A DNA stretch of 64,000 nt from NCBI RefSeq assembly GCF_041956535.1, contig NW_027192217.1:348797-412796 (forward strand), read 5' to 3'. The notes under the pieces were generated by a model. The model did no database searches and was not told the origin of the DNA. It was given only the letters and a program-made list of their open reading frames with translations. The DNA comes from Calcarisporiella thermophila CBS 279.70. Lineage: Eukaryota > Fungi > Calcarisporiellomycota. Positions 33,977 to 47,475 of this stretch are shown in pieces. Numbering within the stretch: the first letter of the stretch is position 1; each line of letters begins with the position of its first letter. The position numbers were made by a program, and so were the translations under genes.

Positions 33977-36900
33977 TTTGTATTTATGAACTTCCTCTGC
34001 CGTCACTGTGTTCAAGCCTAAGTATACTCTTCCAGAAATTCAAGACGTAACGTAGCGGTAGGGCAATGGCACAGAGGGGCCGACAGGTATTAAACGAGAA
34101 CAAAGAGAGAGAGTATTGCTGAGGAACGGCAAGATATAGTATTTTTTTTTCTCGTCGAAGAGAAAAGAGTTTCAGCTCGAGCGCTGATTGTATAAATATG
34201 ATAGCAAGTACAAAGTGGGACAAAAATCAGAACAACATAGGCTTGGGGCCAATCACCACAGGGAGTCAGGAGTGATGAAGTTTAAAATAAAAGCTCCTCT
34301 CGAGAGGCGGGGAGAAAAATAAAAAAGAAGAAAAGAAAGCGTGTAACGATCTTATTTCCGCCAACTCCCTCACATTTGCAATTTCTTGAATGGACCGGAG
34401 CTTGCAAGTTAGAACAAGGTTTTCTGTGTTCTCTTATTTGCGGGCGCGTTATTTTTATTTCTAAACTTAGAATGGCCATGCACAATGAGCGTCACCGCGC
34501 TGGTTATTGCGATGATTGCCTCCCCTCTTCCCTCGCCTCTCTCACGTCAAATACTGGGAGAATACAGGGTGAGGAGTGCAGATTGAACCCGACAGTAGGG
34601 ATAAACATTGCGGAAAAAAAATGTGCAAAAGCAGCAAAAACAAATTAGCACCAAGCTCGTTTGTTTGTTTGGCGAGAAGCATTAATTGATTCAGGCGGTT
34701 ATCCCAATTCTTATCCTTGCTATTCACCTTGCTTATCTATATTGGCAATAAAGCTCCGGACTAAACCCAAAGAGTATAAATTCGACTAACAATAATCAAG
34801 TATAGGGTGGATCTCAGAAACAACGAGAAGGCCGAAGACCGACAAGATTGCACCGAGTGCTTATAACCAGCTCTATTCTAGCTATTATAAATGCCGTCTG
34901 TTAATTCGATTCTTGTTGTAAAATGCAACTATTGAAGGAAAAGTACAGTGCAACGGTGCAATAATAGATAATCAATCTATGGTCGCACAACTGTAATCCC
35001 TTGCATGCTCTCGTCTATAGTTTTTTCCCTCCCGCATACCTAGTAGAGAGAGGGTACCCCATTGCTATTTGAGAGGAGTTCCAAAGACTCATCAATTCAG
35101 CACACCAGAACGTATAATGGAGTAGAGAGGGAAGGGTGCCAGACCTCCTCTATCAGATTCCGCAGATTCAGACCCTATTGCGACCTCCAGTCTCTTTTGC
35201 TACACCGCCCGCTTTTGGAGGAAAAACGCACAGGCAAACCTCCCCGTCACCCCCGCCTCTCTCGCCTCCGCGCCAAAATGCACAACAAAATGTCATCGAA
35301 GATTAGTGCGAGGATACTCGGTGATTTTGCTATACATTTGAAGTTTTGTAATATACTTTCGAGATCACGCGAGAGAGCATGGCAACTAGGTTAAAACGTG
35401 CAAAACTTGGCAGTGCCGAAGTTTATCGTTCCATCTCTTAAAGTCCATAATATATTTGCTATAATATCCCATTAAATGAGAGAATGATACTGTGGTAGGA
35501 CCAAGCACAAATGGTACTGATATCAAACTGAGATCGTAGGGCCGTGCTGTCCGGCAAGGGCAACAATCGCCTGAATATTCACAGTAATGTACAAAAGTTC
35601 TATTATACCGGTGGGACAAGTCGTGTTTGTACTAGAGAAAACTGGCCTGACTCTTCCCAAGAATGTGTTCTCACGAGGAACTCTTTTTTTTAGGTTTTTT
35701 GAGAAAAATATTTATTAGATTCAAAACCCAAAAACCCGGCCCTCATATGAAGATATGGCCACGTTTCATTTCTATTCATCCTAAGGTTTATTATTGATAA
35801 ACACTTTTTTCAAAGGCTTTAATTAGAGATCAAGCTTAAGCCTGGCTGCTAAGGTTTATTGACTGAATGAACATTACCAGATTTTTACATTGGTGGATTT
35901 GAAAGTGCGCTTTTAAGGAAGGGACAAGGAGGAGAGGAAAGAGAAGGAGGTATCAAGGAGAGCGAGTAAGAAAAGATCTGTGAACCTTTTCCAAAGAAGA
36001 TTGTCTCTTTTGTCCACGGTTCCACATGATAACCCATAGACGTAAGAAGTTGAGTTTAGGAATAACAGTGATGTTAAACCAAACCGGTTGGTAGTTCCTA
36101 GTACATCCGAGGAATATTGCTTGAGTTGAAGAGGGACAATATCGACGGGCACTACAATTATAAAAAAAACTCTTTCTGTAAGTAAGTGGAGGAAAACAAA
36201 ATCAAGGAGCGGGAATTAAAAACACAACTACCCAGTTCCTGATATAACAAATCATAATTTTCCCGTTTTCCATGAGTGCAAGAACTTGCTTATTCCCATT
36301 TGAAAACTTGTACCTTCCGCTGTTTAAGTTTGGCATTCGTGGGATAATGTTCTTTTATCACAACCAATGGGGGCGGATACCGTAAAGGTTTAGCAAGTCT
36401 ATATAGTACTGCGATGTTTGTACCATACTAGTCAAGCTTGCTGCGCAATTTCGTTTTCCAGTATCCATTTTCTCCCTTGCTACCTTTCTCCCGTCGTCTA
36501 AGCTCCAGCATTAAAATCACAAGAAAAAAATTAGAGGAGGCGGGGAGGTGCCCAAGCACAATGGGTCTTATAGATATTATAGCTAAAAGCGATTAGAAAA
36601 TAGAAGTTTGGGCCTATTCTGAGTAAACCATGTGTGTAAATATAAAGTTAAATTTGAAACTGTAATAAATTGCATCCATTATAGTCGCATATAAGCTATA
36701 TGTTTCATATTGTCTTCACACCATTCACTGTTAGTCGACGACCTAAGATATGCAAGATCTATATCCCAATCATATACGTTTCCGAAGGATCAAAATCGTG
36801 TACCTTTAGATATAGTTCAACTTGTCTTGGGGGGCTACCCGATTGCGGAATTTGTTTAATCTAGCTTACGAAATCAACAAAGCGATCAGCGCTTAGTCTC

Positions 36901-39861
36901 TTATTGCTGTACAAAGTCTCCGAGAAGAGCAGGTGACTGAAGAGGGACAGTGGGATGGTTGGATGGTAGCGGATAGGAGTATTTTCTCCACTCCAATAGC
37001 TTCTAAGCTTAATACTTAGTACTCTGAAATAGCTAAAACGTGTTGCGTCATTCTTGTGCCTTTATTTTTAATATTGCATGATTTCGCCTGACCTAAGGAC
37101 CACAGCCATCTAAAGCAAATTGCATTTTCTCGAGCATAAAAGCTTACTCACCCAATCCACGCTCTCCGCCCCCTTTCACTTTACCTCAACATGGTTGGCT
37201 TTACACTGCATTGATTTCCACTCAACTACATGCATCAATAATTATACTTCAATCCAAGCCCACGGTGTTTTGTTTGTCCTCTAGATATGGAATTAAACAT
37301 TATGAAAACCCATATTAACTCACAATACCAGTAGTTAGAGTCAATAACGTCCCAGTGCTTCACAAATAAACTAGCATAGAGACAAAGGAAAACTCCCTTA
37401 TAATACTGTAAAAAAAAAAGCAAAGGTACAATGTGGTTGAGCTGGCTACAAAGGATAGGCTAGGCCTTCTCATAGCTGAGAGTTTTTAACTGGTGTTTAT
37501 TCAGCAAGAAAATGTAAAGCTACTTTATCCCGTAGCTATCCTTGCGGTTCTGAAGGTGTAGTATTTATCTAATGATCGTCAAATGCAAGGATTTCCGAAA
37601 ACCTTCTGGTAATATCATGTTCACATCTTTATTTTCGGGAGATTGTTAAAGCAATTTGCTCAGCATGTTTACTATTGAAGTGTCTAATTGGTAAATAATG
37701 CAAAAGGACGAAGAGCATTATCTACTTGACTAATAAAAATGTGTTCAATTATAAATAAAACTAGCTATACTGTAGTTCTCTAAGCCCTACACCAGCAATT
37801 CGAAATAAATCTCCATCCAACCCAAAGATATAGAATTAGAGAAAAAATAAAGGGTTTATATAAGTTAATATCATGTAAAACGATCGTGTTTCTTTCAATT
37901 TAAAATGGGTGCATGGATGATAACAGAATGGGAAAAGAAAAAATTATGTACAATTAGAAGGTGAAAAGAGAACTCGAGTGAAAATTTGGCCATATTTAGG
38001 TACGAATGCTCCGGGAGTGGGTTCCTTGAATTAGTTAATATTGGTCGGTGGTTTAGGAGGAAGCGGCATATGCGGAAGAGGAGGCCAAGGATCGCGTGCG
38101 TTTGTCATTTTCGAGAATATCGTGTTGTGCAACTTATGAGTGCAAAGGCGAGGAACCGTTAACTTGAATAGTTGGTATTATTTAAGAGACAAAAAAATTA
38201 TCTAATAGTCGGGCTGGGCGTATAGGCCGAACAAAATATGGGATCGATATCACATTTTATACTTTTAAATGAGAAAAAGGCTGGTGAAGATGCGTTAAAA
38301 GTTTGGGGGTCACGAGCGAACCTGCTTTCTTCATGTTCGCTGATTCCGCCAGGCCATTTTGAATCTTTTTTCAGCAAAATCTAGCGGTGGCCAAATTAAA
38401 GTTTTTCTTATAGCAGCTTGTTTCTTTCATCCTTGCATGCATCCACATCTGGCTCAAGGCGTAAGGCGTATAGTCATCAGAAAGACGCAACATTTTTGAG
38501 AGAAAGAGATGAGCCTCATATCTTCTTTGTTTTTCCTTGTGCCAAGCTATTTACAACTAGCAAGCCGAATATTACGTACCCCTTTGATGCTCTCAGCGGC
38601 TCAGGATAGTTAGTTGAGTGGATTGTAGCCACATCGCACTAATCTTCTCTCTTTCGTACTAAGGAACGGCAGCTTTCGAATTTTATCAATGTGGATCATA
38701 ATCTTTGCGATAAATATAGCAGTTAGCTAGACAAAACGCCCATTAATTGTTCCGTCTCGATGCATTATTTTATGCATGCATAAGAGAAAGAAATGATTAA
38801 TAAAATGATGCAGCTAACCATCTGAAAGATCGGCCTCTTTACTAGCTACCTCTTTTTTGACGCTGATTACTTAAAGTGGCCATTTTTCTTAGTCAATGAA
38901 CGGACCACTCGACTAATAGTTTGTAATTATGCTGATTTTCTTCTGGCGTTAAGTTGGCTGAAATTTTTGAGAGTTAAGAGGCGCAAGTGCTCAAATATTG
39001 ATTCTTTCTATATTCTTTCTATACTAACAAATCTTTAATGATGATTGGGTAGGCTTTGTTTTAGTAGAGGATGTAGAGCAGAAGGGTCAGTGATTTGCAT
39101 GCATGTTTCCTCCCTGACCTCTACCGTCATGTGCTTGTAGATAGCATAGTATCAAAATAGTGCATAACTTAATGCAGATTTTATTATTTGTGCTTTCACA
39201 TCAATTCTTTATCAAGCCAAGTGCATGAGACGGAAGTTGATGGAAAAAAGCACTAAAAAAACGAAGGGTCGCTCTTAATATCAATAATAGGTGAGCAAAA
39301 TCGTCACGTATGTTTTTTAAGTCTCTATTTAACTGTTATTGGTTATCGTATTTAGAGCGGGTAAACCTGTAAACTTAATCCACCTTTGTATTGCAAAAAG
39401 CACTTACACTTAAGAGAATATGTACTCTGCGAAGATACTACGATATTTCGATATTGAAGAGAGCCGTTTTATTTGAAAAAAAGGATTTCGTTTTATGTTG
39501 CTTATTTTATATGTTGTTAGGTTAACCAGGATACGTTTTGAAAGTGTGGTCTCAGATCGTATTAATGGTTTTCGGTGATCCAAGGTTAATTTGGAAAAGG
39601 ACTGGAGAGAATTATTATTGGGCCTATCACTTGGCCAACCGTTGGGCTGATAACCAACGATTTTTCGGTTCATTTTCAAAATAAGAGTGCCAAATTTCAG
39701 ACCCTGATCTTAACCTTTTCCCCGTGAAGTATGTTTTGCGAATGAAATAAAATTTTACATAAAAGAAAACCTCTCTATCTCTCTTGTCCTTCACGCATCT
39801 ATTTTTTGCTATTTAATTCTACCCCTTTATCTTTTTTACTTCCCACCTGGCATCTATCGCA

Positions 39862-40152
39862 ATGATACGTGTTTTTATATTTATTGTTTCTCTACTCTCT
39901 CTCCTTCTCCCTATCAATGCCATCCCCATTAACCCTGAGGCCAGCACCTCTCTAACACTTACCTCGCAGCAGCTTTCTGATTTGGCCAGCGGAATTCGGC
40001 CCCCTCGTAACCTTTACAAAATTCTGCGGCGGCGGCTTGCAGAGAGGAATATTCGTGTCACCAAACGTGAACTGCGCAAGTTGGGCCAGCAAGTATATCA
40101 AGAGATCGGGAAACGAAGGGATATTATGGCTGGAGTTCTGGCCGAATCCTAG
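39862..40152 (+). CDS. Small secreted cationic protein (96 aa), unknown function
   Basis: Clear signal peptide, upstream TATA-like/CT-rich promoter, R/K-rich mature part. Confidence 0.6.
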   Translation: MIRVFIFIVSLLSLLLPINAIPINPEASTSLTLTSQQLSDLASGIRPPRNLYKILRRRLAERNIRVTKRELRKLGQQVYQEIGKRRDIMAGVLAES

Positions 40153-40423
40153 CCCCCACTATGAATATGCAACGCCAGGAATAAGGAAACCTATCCAGTG
40201 AAACCCACATAAACTAGTCGTTTCCCGTCACTGTTCTATGTTGATACATTATTTAGTATCTAGTATTAATAACTGCACTGCTTAATGGAGCTATTTATGT
40301 ATTTTAAAGAAAACAATATAAGCAACGGAATTGAAATAAAGAAGAAAATACACAACAATAAGGATATCAAGTACTAGATATATGTTTGTACAAGAAGGAA
40401 AATAAATACAAGTCTGAAATATG

Positions 40424-41089
40424 CTAATCTCGCCAACTTCTGAGAATCTTTTTCAGTCTCACTATCGCTTTATGGCCCCACGATTCCCTCTGTGTACTCC
40501 CTTGCATCTCGTAAGAGGAGCGATGGGACTTGTGCAGCATAGCCCACGAGAGTCGATTTTTTAGTAGGTGAGGTGGATGCTTTTCTCCTAATTCTTCGAT
40601 TTTAAACCCTAGGTCCTCCGGAAATTCACTCTCATCCTGAATGGTCAATGAGGTGCCGCACCATGAAAATTGCTTTCGAGCACTCGCTTTCCTTTTGATG
40701 GTGTCATTATGACTTTCTTTTTCTTCCTTATCAAAATAGGATCTCCGTCGCGGTGTGTTGGAAAGCCTGAGAATGCTCATCTTTTTTGATATGCTCTCCC
40801 CATATCCAAGCTTTTTCCTTGGTACTTCAGGTTGCACGATTTGGTTAGGCAGCGGCAACTCGGCTACTGGGACAAAAACACTGTCATTGTGATATGGAAA
40901 GGTAAGAAAGAGTTTGTCTTGTGGCGGGAATGGGGAGGCTAAGGGGGAGGGACATGAAGCAGAAAGGAAGGGTGAGAGGGGCCTGATGGATGGAGAGGGA
41001 GGCTCGGAATTTGTGAGAGGAAGAGTTAATGAAGAGGAAAGTGAATTCGATCTGGAATGTGAATGTGATAATGGAAATTCAGTTGACAT
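40424..41089 (-). CDS. Hypothetical Ser/Pro-rich protein
   Basis: 221-codon ORF in AT-rich context; no recognisable domain. Confidence 0.55.
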   Translation of the reverse strand: MSTEFPLSHSHSRSNSLSSSLTLPLTNSEPPSPSIRPLSPFLSASCPSPLASPFPPQDKLFLTFPYHNDSVFVPVAELPLPNQIVQPEVPRKKLGYGESISKKMSILRLSNTPRRRSYFDKEEKESHNDTIKRKASARKQFSWCGTSLTIQDESEFPEDLGFKIEELGEKHPPHLLKNRLSWAMLHKSHRSSYEMQGSTQRESWGHKAIVRLKKILRSWRD

Positions 41090-43124
41090 CACTTTTTATG
41101 AGGAATTGTATAGAGAGGGAGTAATGAAAAGTAATTGGTGTTTAATTGTATTTTTTTAAAAAAGAAAATAGGTGAAGTGCGGGGAAAGATTCCATTTGGG
41201 TGCATTTGAAGGAATATCTGTGCTCATGGTGACGTCACGCGTGAAGGTGCAATTCTTTGCAGACGAAACCCACTTCTTCGTGTAGCTAGTTTTTGACAAG
41301 GCAGAAGAATTCTAGATAAAAATAATCGTAGAACTCCTATATTGATATTGTTTCTTTATGGCTACATGCCACGCAGTATATTTTGGAAAAAAAAGTACTG
41401 ACTTTTCATTGTTTAAACATTAGTAAAGATATGATTCAATATATGTACAAGAATTCTAACATTGATTCAAGAAGTTTTCGTCCATAATCGCAATAAAACT
41501 TTGGAATTCAGAATGCGCTTTTTGGCTAAACTGGTTGTCTCATTTCCTCCAGTCATATCTCCCCATTTTGCCTGTTCATTATACTCTATTTAACTAAAAA
41601 TCTCAGAGTGGCTGCGGGTAACCGCATGAGTATGCATTTTTAGGATGCTTGAGAACGATAGTTTGAGATATCGCACCGAATATCTAAGAGCTTCGGATGC
41701 CATAGGTTGGAACTGGGATGAAGGTGAGATAAATCAAGCTATTTGAATGATTAAGTTCTCGCATAATGATTTCCAATATCTTGGTGATATTAACGTATAT
41801 TATGAAACCTATGTGACTAATACTACTTGATATTATTGTTTTGTTTAGTGAAGGCAACGTACATGTTTAGGATAAAATATATCATGCAATATATTATAGC
41901 ATTCTGAGGATTTTCAAGGGAATACTTATTGGTCTATTTCCTAACTAAATTAGCACACAATTAACAAAATTTAAATCCGGGCTTACAAATTCAATATTGA
42001 TGTGTTAGTAAAGAGAAGTAGTAAAACTGGGCTTTTCAGTCTTATTGAATTCTTTACAACTTTCCTTTTCTTTTTTTAATTTCGAAAATATGGCTCTAAC
42101 ATGTGAAAGGGGATTACTTTATGTGGCGCAATATTTCCGTGTGCTACTAAGTCTAATATCATTCAATTTCATTTTCCAGCAAGGTAACTGTTAATTATCG
42201 CACGTTTCGAATACAAGAAGCATGCCTCAAATACCCATCGTTGCGGCGTGGTGATAGTTCAAATAAAAGAAGTTTGTTGTCGTTATATGTTTGATATTAA
42301 GAATAGAAGATGTTTATAAGCTATGTATAATCTATGTCGAAAGATTTATGAAAGTTGCACACATAGTGCGGTGTAAGAGAAGAAATAGCTTTTCAAAGGA
42401 AAGTCCAGGTTTTCGGTAAAATATAAATGCCGTTTTAAAGCCTCTTGAAGCAGCTCTGATATACAAGTACCATGATTTGATTCATGTTAGTACACTAACT
42501 ATGTAGATGATACTGTTTTCATAAGGTTTATAACCCGTAAGCATTAAGCTATATTGTTGATGAAGTGCACCACAAAATATCGATCTCTCCCATCGGATCA
42601 GTTTTACTTTGGTGAAGAGAACTAGAAATATATGTGAGTCGCAGGTGGATACCGAGTTGTTTAGAGCAAGTGTAGCGATGGAGAGAATGGGAAAGAGAGG
42701 CACAGTTACAAAAGCTTGGCTGATTAGGAGTACGTGGTTCGATAACTATATAAGTAATAAAGATTAGAGCTTTTGGATGCTTTGGTTGTTTGAGCACATT
42801 TTGGTTGCTGAGAAGATGTCGATGAAAAACGCAAAATAAAAAAGTAGGTAAAATACAGCACAAAACCGCCAGCAAATATTCTTGGTATTTTAGCGAAATT
42901 TATGAAAACCGTCGATATTCAACCACTAACAATCAGTTGCTTTTATTCTTTGAACTCATCGTCCTATCCTCGAAAAAGTAATCTCGCCCTCAACAATCGA
43001 CAATTTAATCACATGCCGCGTTTTCCCAGAAAATTGCCGATACTTAAAAAGAGCCCACGCACTTTTGCTTTTCACTCTCACAGTATCAACATAAGCTATC
43101 TTCTTCCTTTTTATATTTGAAAAT

Positions 43125-44689
43125 ATGTCGCAGCTCAGATTTGACGGTAAAGTTGTCGTTGTGACAGGTGCTGGTGGAGGCCTCGGCCGTGCTTATGCGT
43201 TGGCTTTTGCGTCGCGTGGCGCCCAAGTTGTCGTTAATGACTTGGGAAGCACTACTACTGGTGATGGAGCTTCGAGTAAAGCAGCCGATAAGGTGGGATT
43301 AGACTCATTTTGAGAGCTGTTTCTGATTACCTGAAATCTAATTCCCGTGATTATTATATATTTTGGCTAGGTTGTGGAGGAAATCCGTGCCGCTGGTGGG
43401 AAGGCTGTCCCTAACTATAACTCGGTAGAAGATGGCGACAAAATTATTGAAACAGCAATGAAGGCTTTCGGCCGTGTGGATATAGTTATTAACAATGCTG
43501 GGTAATTACATTGGAGCTTTACTCATTTTCGCATCTTTCATATATCATTTATTATTTTTCCTCTTTTCTTCCATTTTAGCATTCTCCGTGACAAATCATT
43601 CGCTAGAATGACCGATCAGGACTGGGATCTCATCTATGCTGTGCATGTGCGCGGTGCATATAAGGTGACCAAAGCAGCATGGCCCATTTTCAAAAAACAA
43701 GGCTTCGGACGTGTCATTATGACATCATCTGCTGCTGGTATCTATGGCAACTTTGGACAAGCCAACTATTCTTCTGCCAAGCTAGCGCTCTATTCTTTTG
43801 CCCGTACTCTTGCCGCGGAAGGCAAAAAGGACAACATCCATGTAAATACAATTGCGCCAATGGCTGCCTCACGTATGACTGCGACTGTGATGCCTCCCGA
43901 GGTCATGGAGAACTTGAAGCCTGGTAATTGAATCCCTCCTTTTCTCCTCTTCTATATCAGGCCAAACTTAAGTTTTATCTCTGTCTGTTTCAACTTTCAG
44001 AGTTTGTTGCTCCACTTGTTCTGTATCTTTGCCACGATTCCTGTGAGGAGACCGGTGGTCTTTTTGAAGTGGGCGCTGGCTATGTCTCTAAGCTGCGTTG
44101 GCAACGTGCGGGCGGTGTAACTCTCTCAAACAAAGGTTTTACACCAGAGGATGTTGCGAAGAACTGGACCAAGATTACCGACTTCGAGACCGGGGCTCAC
44201 TATCCTAACTCCCCGCAGGAATCCATGCAGATCTTCTTTGAAAACCTCAGTGACAGCGAGCAGGGTTCGGGTCAGAGCGAGGGAGCGCAGCAGAGCGAGG
44301 GAGGTGGTTCCCTGAAGGTGGAGGGCTTCGAGTCTTCTCAAGTCTTTGATCAAATGGCCAAGGGTATTGGGGCGGCTTCAAAGCAAGAGCGCGAGGCTCA
44401 AGCCAAGAAAGCCAAAGGCATTTTCCAGATCGATGTCACAAACGCGCAGGGTAAAGTGCAGAGCTGGTTCATCGATATGAAGAGTGGCGATGTGGTAATT
44501 GGTTTGGGTGCCGCTCCGAAGAAGGCCGACGTGATTCTCCAGGTCAAGGATGCCGACTTTGTGCAGATGGCGGCTGGCAAGCTCAACAGCCAGAAGGCAT
44601 TTATGCAGGGCAAATTGAAGATCAAGGGACAAATGATGCTAGCAACCAAGCTAGGCGATGTGTTGAATGCTAACCGATCGAAGCTCTAG
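43125..44689 (+). CDS. Peroxisomal hydroxyacyl-CoA dehydrogenase (MFE-2-type SDR) fused to SCP2
   Basis: [32 protein letters not shown]; C-terminal SCP2 ([11 protein letters not shown]) ending SKL; 3 introns. Confidence 0.9.
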
Positions 44690-45179
44690 ACGGCGTCTTG
44701 TATGCGGAGTTTTACGTCTGAAACTTTTCAGTATTTGTATAGTTTAAAGAAGTAAAAATAATAATATAAATGAAATGACTGTTATACGGCAAGCTAAGAT
44801 TGGATTCGCTGATACTTATTCGAATTTAAATATGCACCTGAGCGGCTCATTGCTATTTTTGGGTATTTTTTTTGGGCTTTTTTGGTATCCTTAAAATAGA
44901 TCTACACTTGTCCTATCTTCAACTGTTCCTCCTTCCCTTGTTTCTGCTATTGTTAGTTTGTTCGGCACAACGTTTGCCTTAGCATATCAAGGGACCGGCA
45001 TTGTCTCGTAAATTAAGATCCTGCCAGGTTTATGTAATGAGCTTGTGATGGAGCGGATCTCAGGATATTTTCTATAGTGCCTCTTTATGATTGGATTTTT
45101 AATTTCCTTTATTGATTGGTAAATTCTCCTTCTTCACGATCTTATGTGTATATAATCATAACGGCCTTGCGGAAGCATC

Positions 45180-46126
45180 ATGCTGCTGAGAAAAAATATT
45201 TTCATACTCCCTCTTCTGTTTCTTCCCCCTCTGACTGCCTCGCTTCCTACTCCTTCAGTTGTCTCAACTCCGGTGGCCACGTCCGCTTTACGACAAGAAC
45301 CGTCAGAACCAATCGCGCACCAACTCGCCGTATTTCTCTCGACCCACTACCATGAGCATTTCGATTCCATGTTTACGCGATTTACACAGTCCATTTGCGA
45401 CAAATTCGGAGAGCGGATATATTTCAGGGCTGAGGGAACACAGGGCGGGAATACAGGACCTCTGGACGAGAGCGGGCAGATTATATTCGAGGAGGGAGAA
45501 GAAGATATCAAGGTATTAAGAGAGCAGGTTTTGGGTGGAGTTGAGAGTAAGTGTTTCCTTTCCATTTTCTAGCACGGCTTAATTACATTGGCTATGCCGA
45601 TGGGGCGATTTTTCTTTTCTTTCTTCTCTACCTTTCTCTGCTCGACCTCTATATTAATTTCTCTGATGATGTTTGTTTTGCATTAGCTTTTGTCAAAGAT
45701 GAGATCCCGATTATTCTCTCTTCTTCCTCATTTTATTCCACCTCAACCATACAGCTTATCGAGGACACTCTCTACCGCTACTGCCCCTCATCCTCCCTAG
45801 AATGCCTTGAGTCGGATGCGGCGGAAATAATGTCCGACTTAGACACGCTTTTCCTATCTAACGCCCGCAGTATCGTACGCAGTATCCACGGGGCTCTTCC
45901 ATGGATGTGGAGAAGTATTAAGAGGAGTGTGCAGAGGGTGGTTACCCAGGTGAACAGGGACTTGGGAGTCAATGTCGATTTAGATTTGAAGGAGCCAGAG
46001 GAGCCCACCAAGTGGGATGGGACATGGGCGAACGGTGAGAGCGAGATGGTCTGGAAGGAGGAGTTCAAACACCACGATGAGGACACGCTGGTCAAATTCA
46101 TAAAATTGGTAGAGGAGCGACTCTAA
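45180..46126 (+). CDS. Hypothetical secreted protein, 2 exons
   Basis: Signal-peptide-like N-terminus; GTAAGT intron ~45547-45686 joins the two ORFs. Confidence 0.6.
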
Positions 46127-46506
46127 GGATTCTCCTTGTATTCTAGAAAAAAAAAATTGTTTATAACTAGCGATTTTTGTTTTCTTCCCCCCCCCCTCCC
46201 CCTTTTTGTCATAAGTTATATATATATATTACTGGTATATGCACGCGATTATCTTGGGTACGCTTGCTCAAGCGGTTCATTTTATCCCTTTATACTCATA
46301 TCTCATTCTTAAGCCATTTTCGATTCTCTGTCTATTTTACGCCAACTCTTTCAATATATGTTTCAACGATTAAGAAGAATGGATAGTATTTCTTTTTCAA
46401 TACTAAGACAGCATGAAGGGAAAAAAGGAAAAAGAAAAAAATGGAAAGAGAACAAGAGAGGGCAAAGAAGAAAAAAACCAAGAGGAACGAGGGTTCAAGG
46501 GGATTT

Positions 46507-47184
46507 TTACACGGACTGCTTCTTGAGGGCAGCGAACTGAGGGCCGACGATGGCACGACGCTATAGATAGAGGAAAAGAAATTGGCTTTAATTCAGCGCC
46601 ATGTTCTCCATTCGAAACCAGTAAGAGGACATTACCTGCTTCTTCAACTTCATCAGCTTGAAGCGATCAAAGTCATTCGTGGCAGCACGCTTCTCGCGCT
46701 GTTCCAATTTCTTAGCCCAGGAGGAGGCTTCCCACTTGGCCATCACGCCGGATTCTTCAAAAGCCTTCTTTACAACACTAGAGCCAGCACCGCGCGGGAA
46801 CTTCACCACATAAGGGAGAAGGGTCAAGCGGCGGAACGAGTGCTCATGGCGCGAGACGCCCGTCGAGGGGCCGTCGACGATCGCACGACGGTGGTCGATG
46901 ATCTCGACGATGACAGCAAGTTTGCCCGCGGAGGGGCCAGTGTGAAGCATAACAACGCGACCAACTTCGACGAGGCGGTTGAACGAGCCTTGCTATAAAT
47001 TAGTAAAACTTGGGAGTGAGCAAACGGGATCTCTGATCGTAGTTAATCTGTTTTTTCATCCATGACTCTCCTCCCCATCCCACCGCATCCCCATTCTGCA
47101 TATCAGCCCAACCCTGGCCAACAGCATCCCTTTACCAAAATAAAAACCAATCCATCTGTCTCTTGATAGACAACTTACCACCAT
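46507..47184 (-). CDS. RPL14: 60S ribosomal protein L14 (eL14), 3 exons
   Basis: RLVEVGRVV...GKLAVIVEIIDHRRAIVDGP...DFDRFKLM. Confidence 0.95.
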
Positions 47185-47475
47185 CTTTTCCTTTTTGATG
47201 AACTTAAAAAGTGTTGATGGATGGATGTAAAGATTTGAAAAAAAGAGGAGGAAATCACTTTGTCCGAGTTGCATTGCTCTTTGGAGTCTGTCGAGCGGTG
47301 GCTTAGATCAACAATTCAATCCGGCATTTTATCCTAACCAAATTATTTTTTCTATTAGAGTAACGATCTCTGAAAATTGGGCAAACGAAGACGGCTACTA
47401 GACAGCCATTGCTTAAGGACAAGAGAGATTGCCAGAGACGAGAGACCTGTAGTATATATCTTTAGCTTATAAGGG

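Noticed and set aside
35386-37800. Possible gene or TE relics in the long intergenic region
   Set aside because: Short frames with no motif I could support
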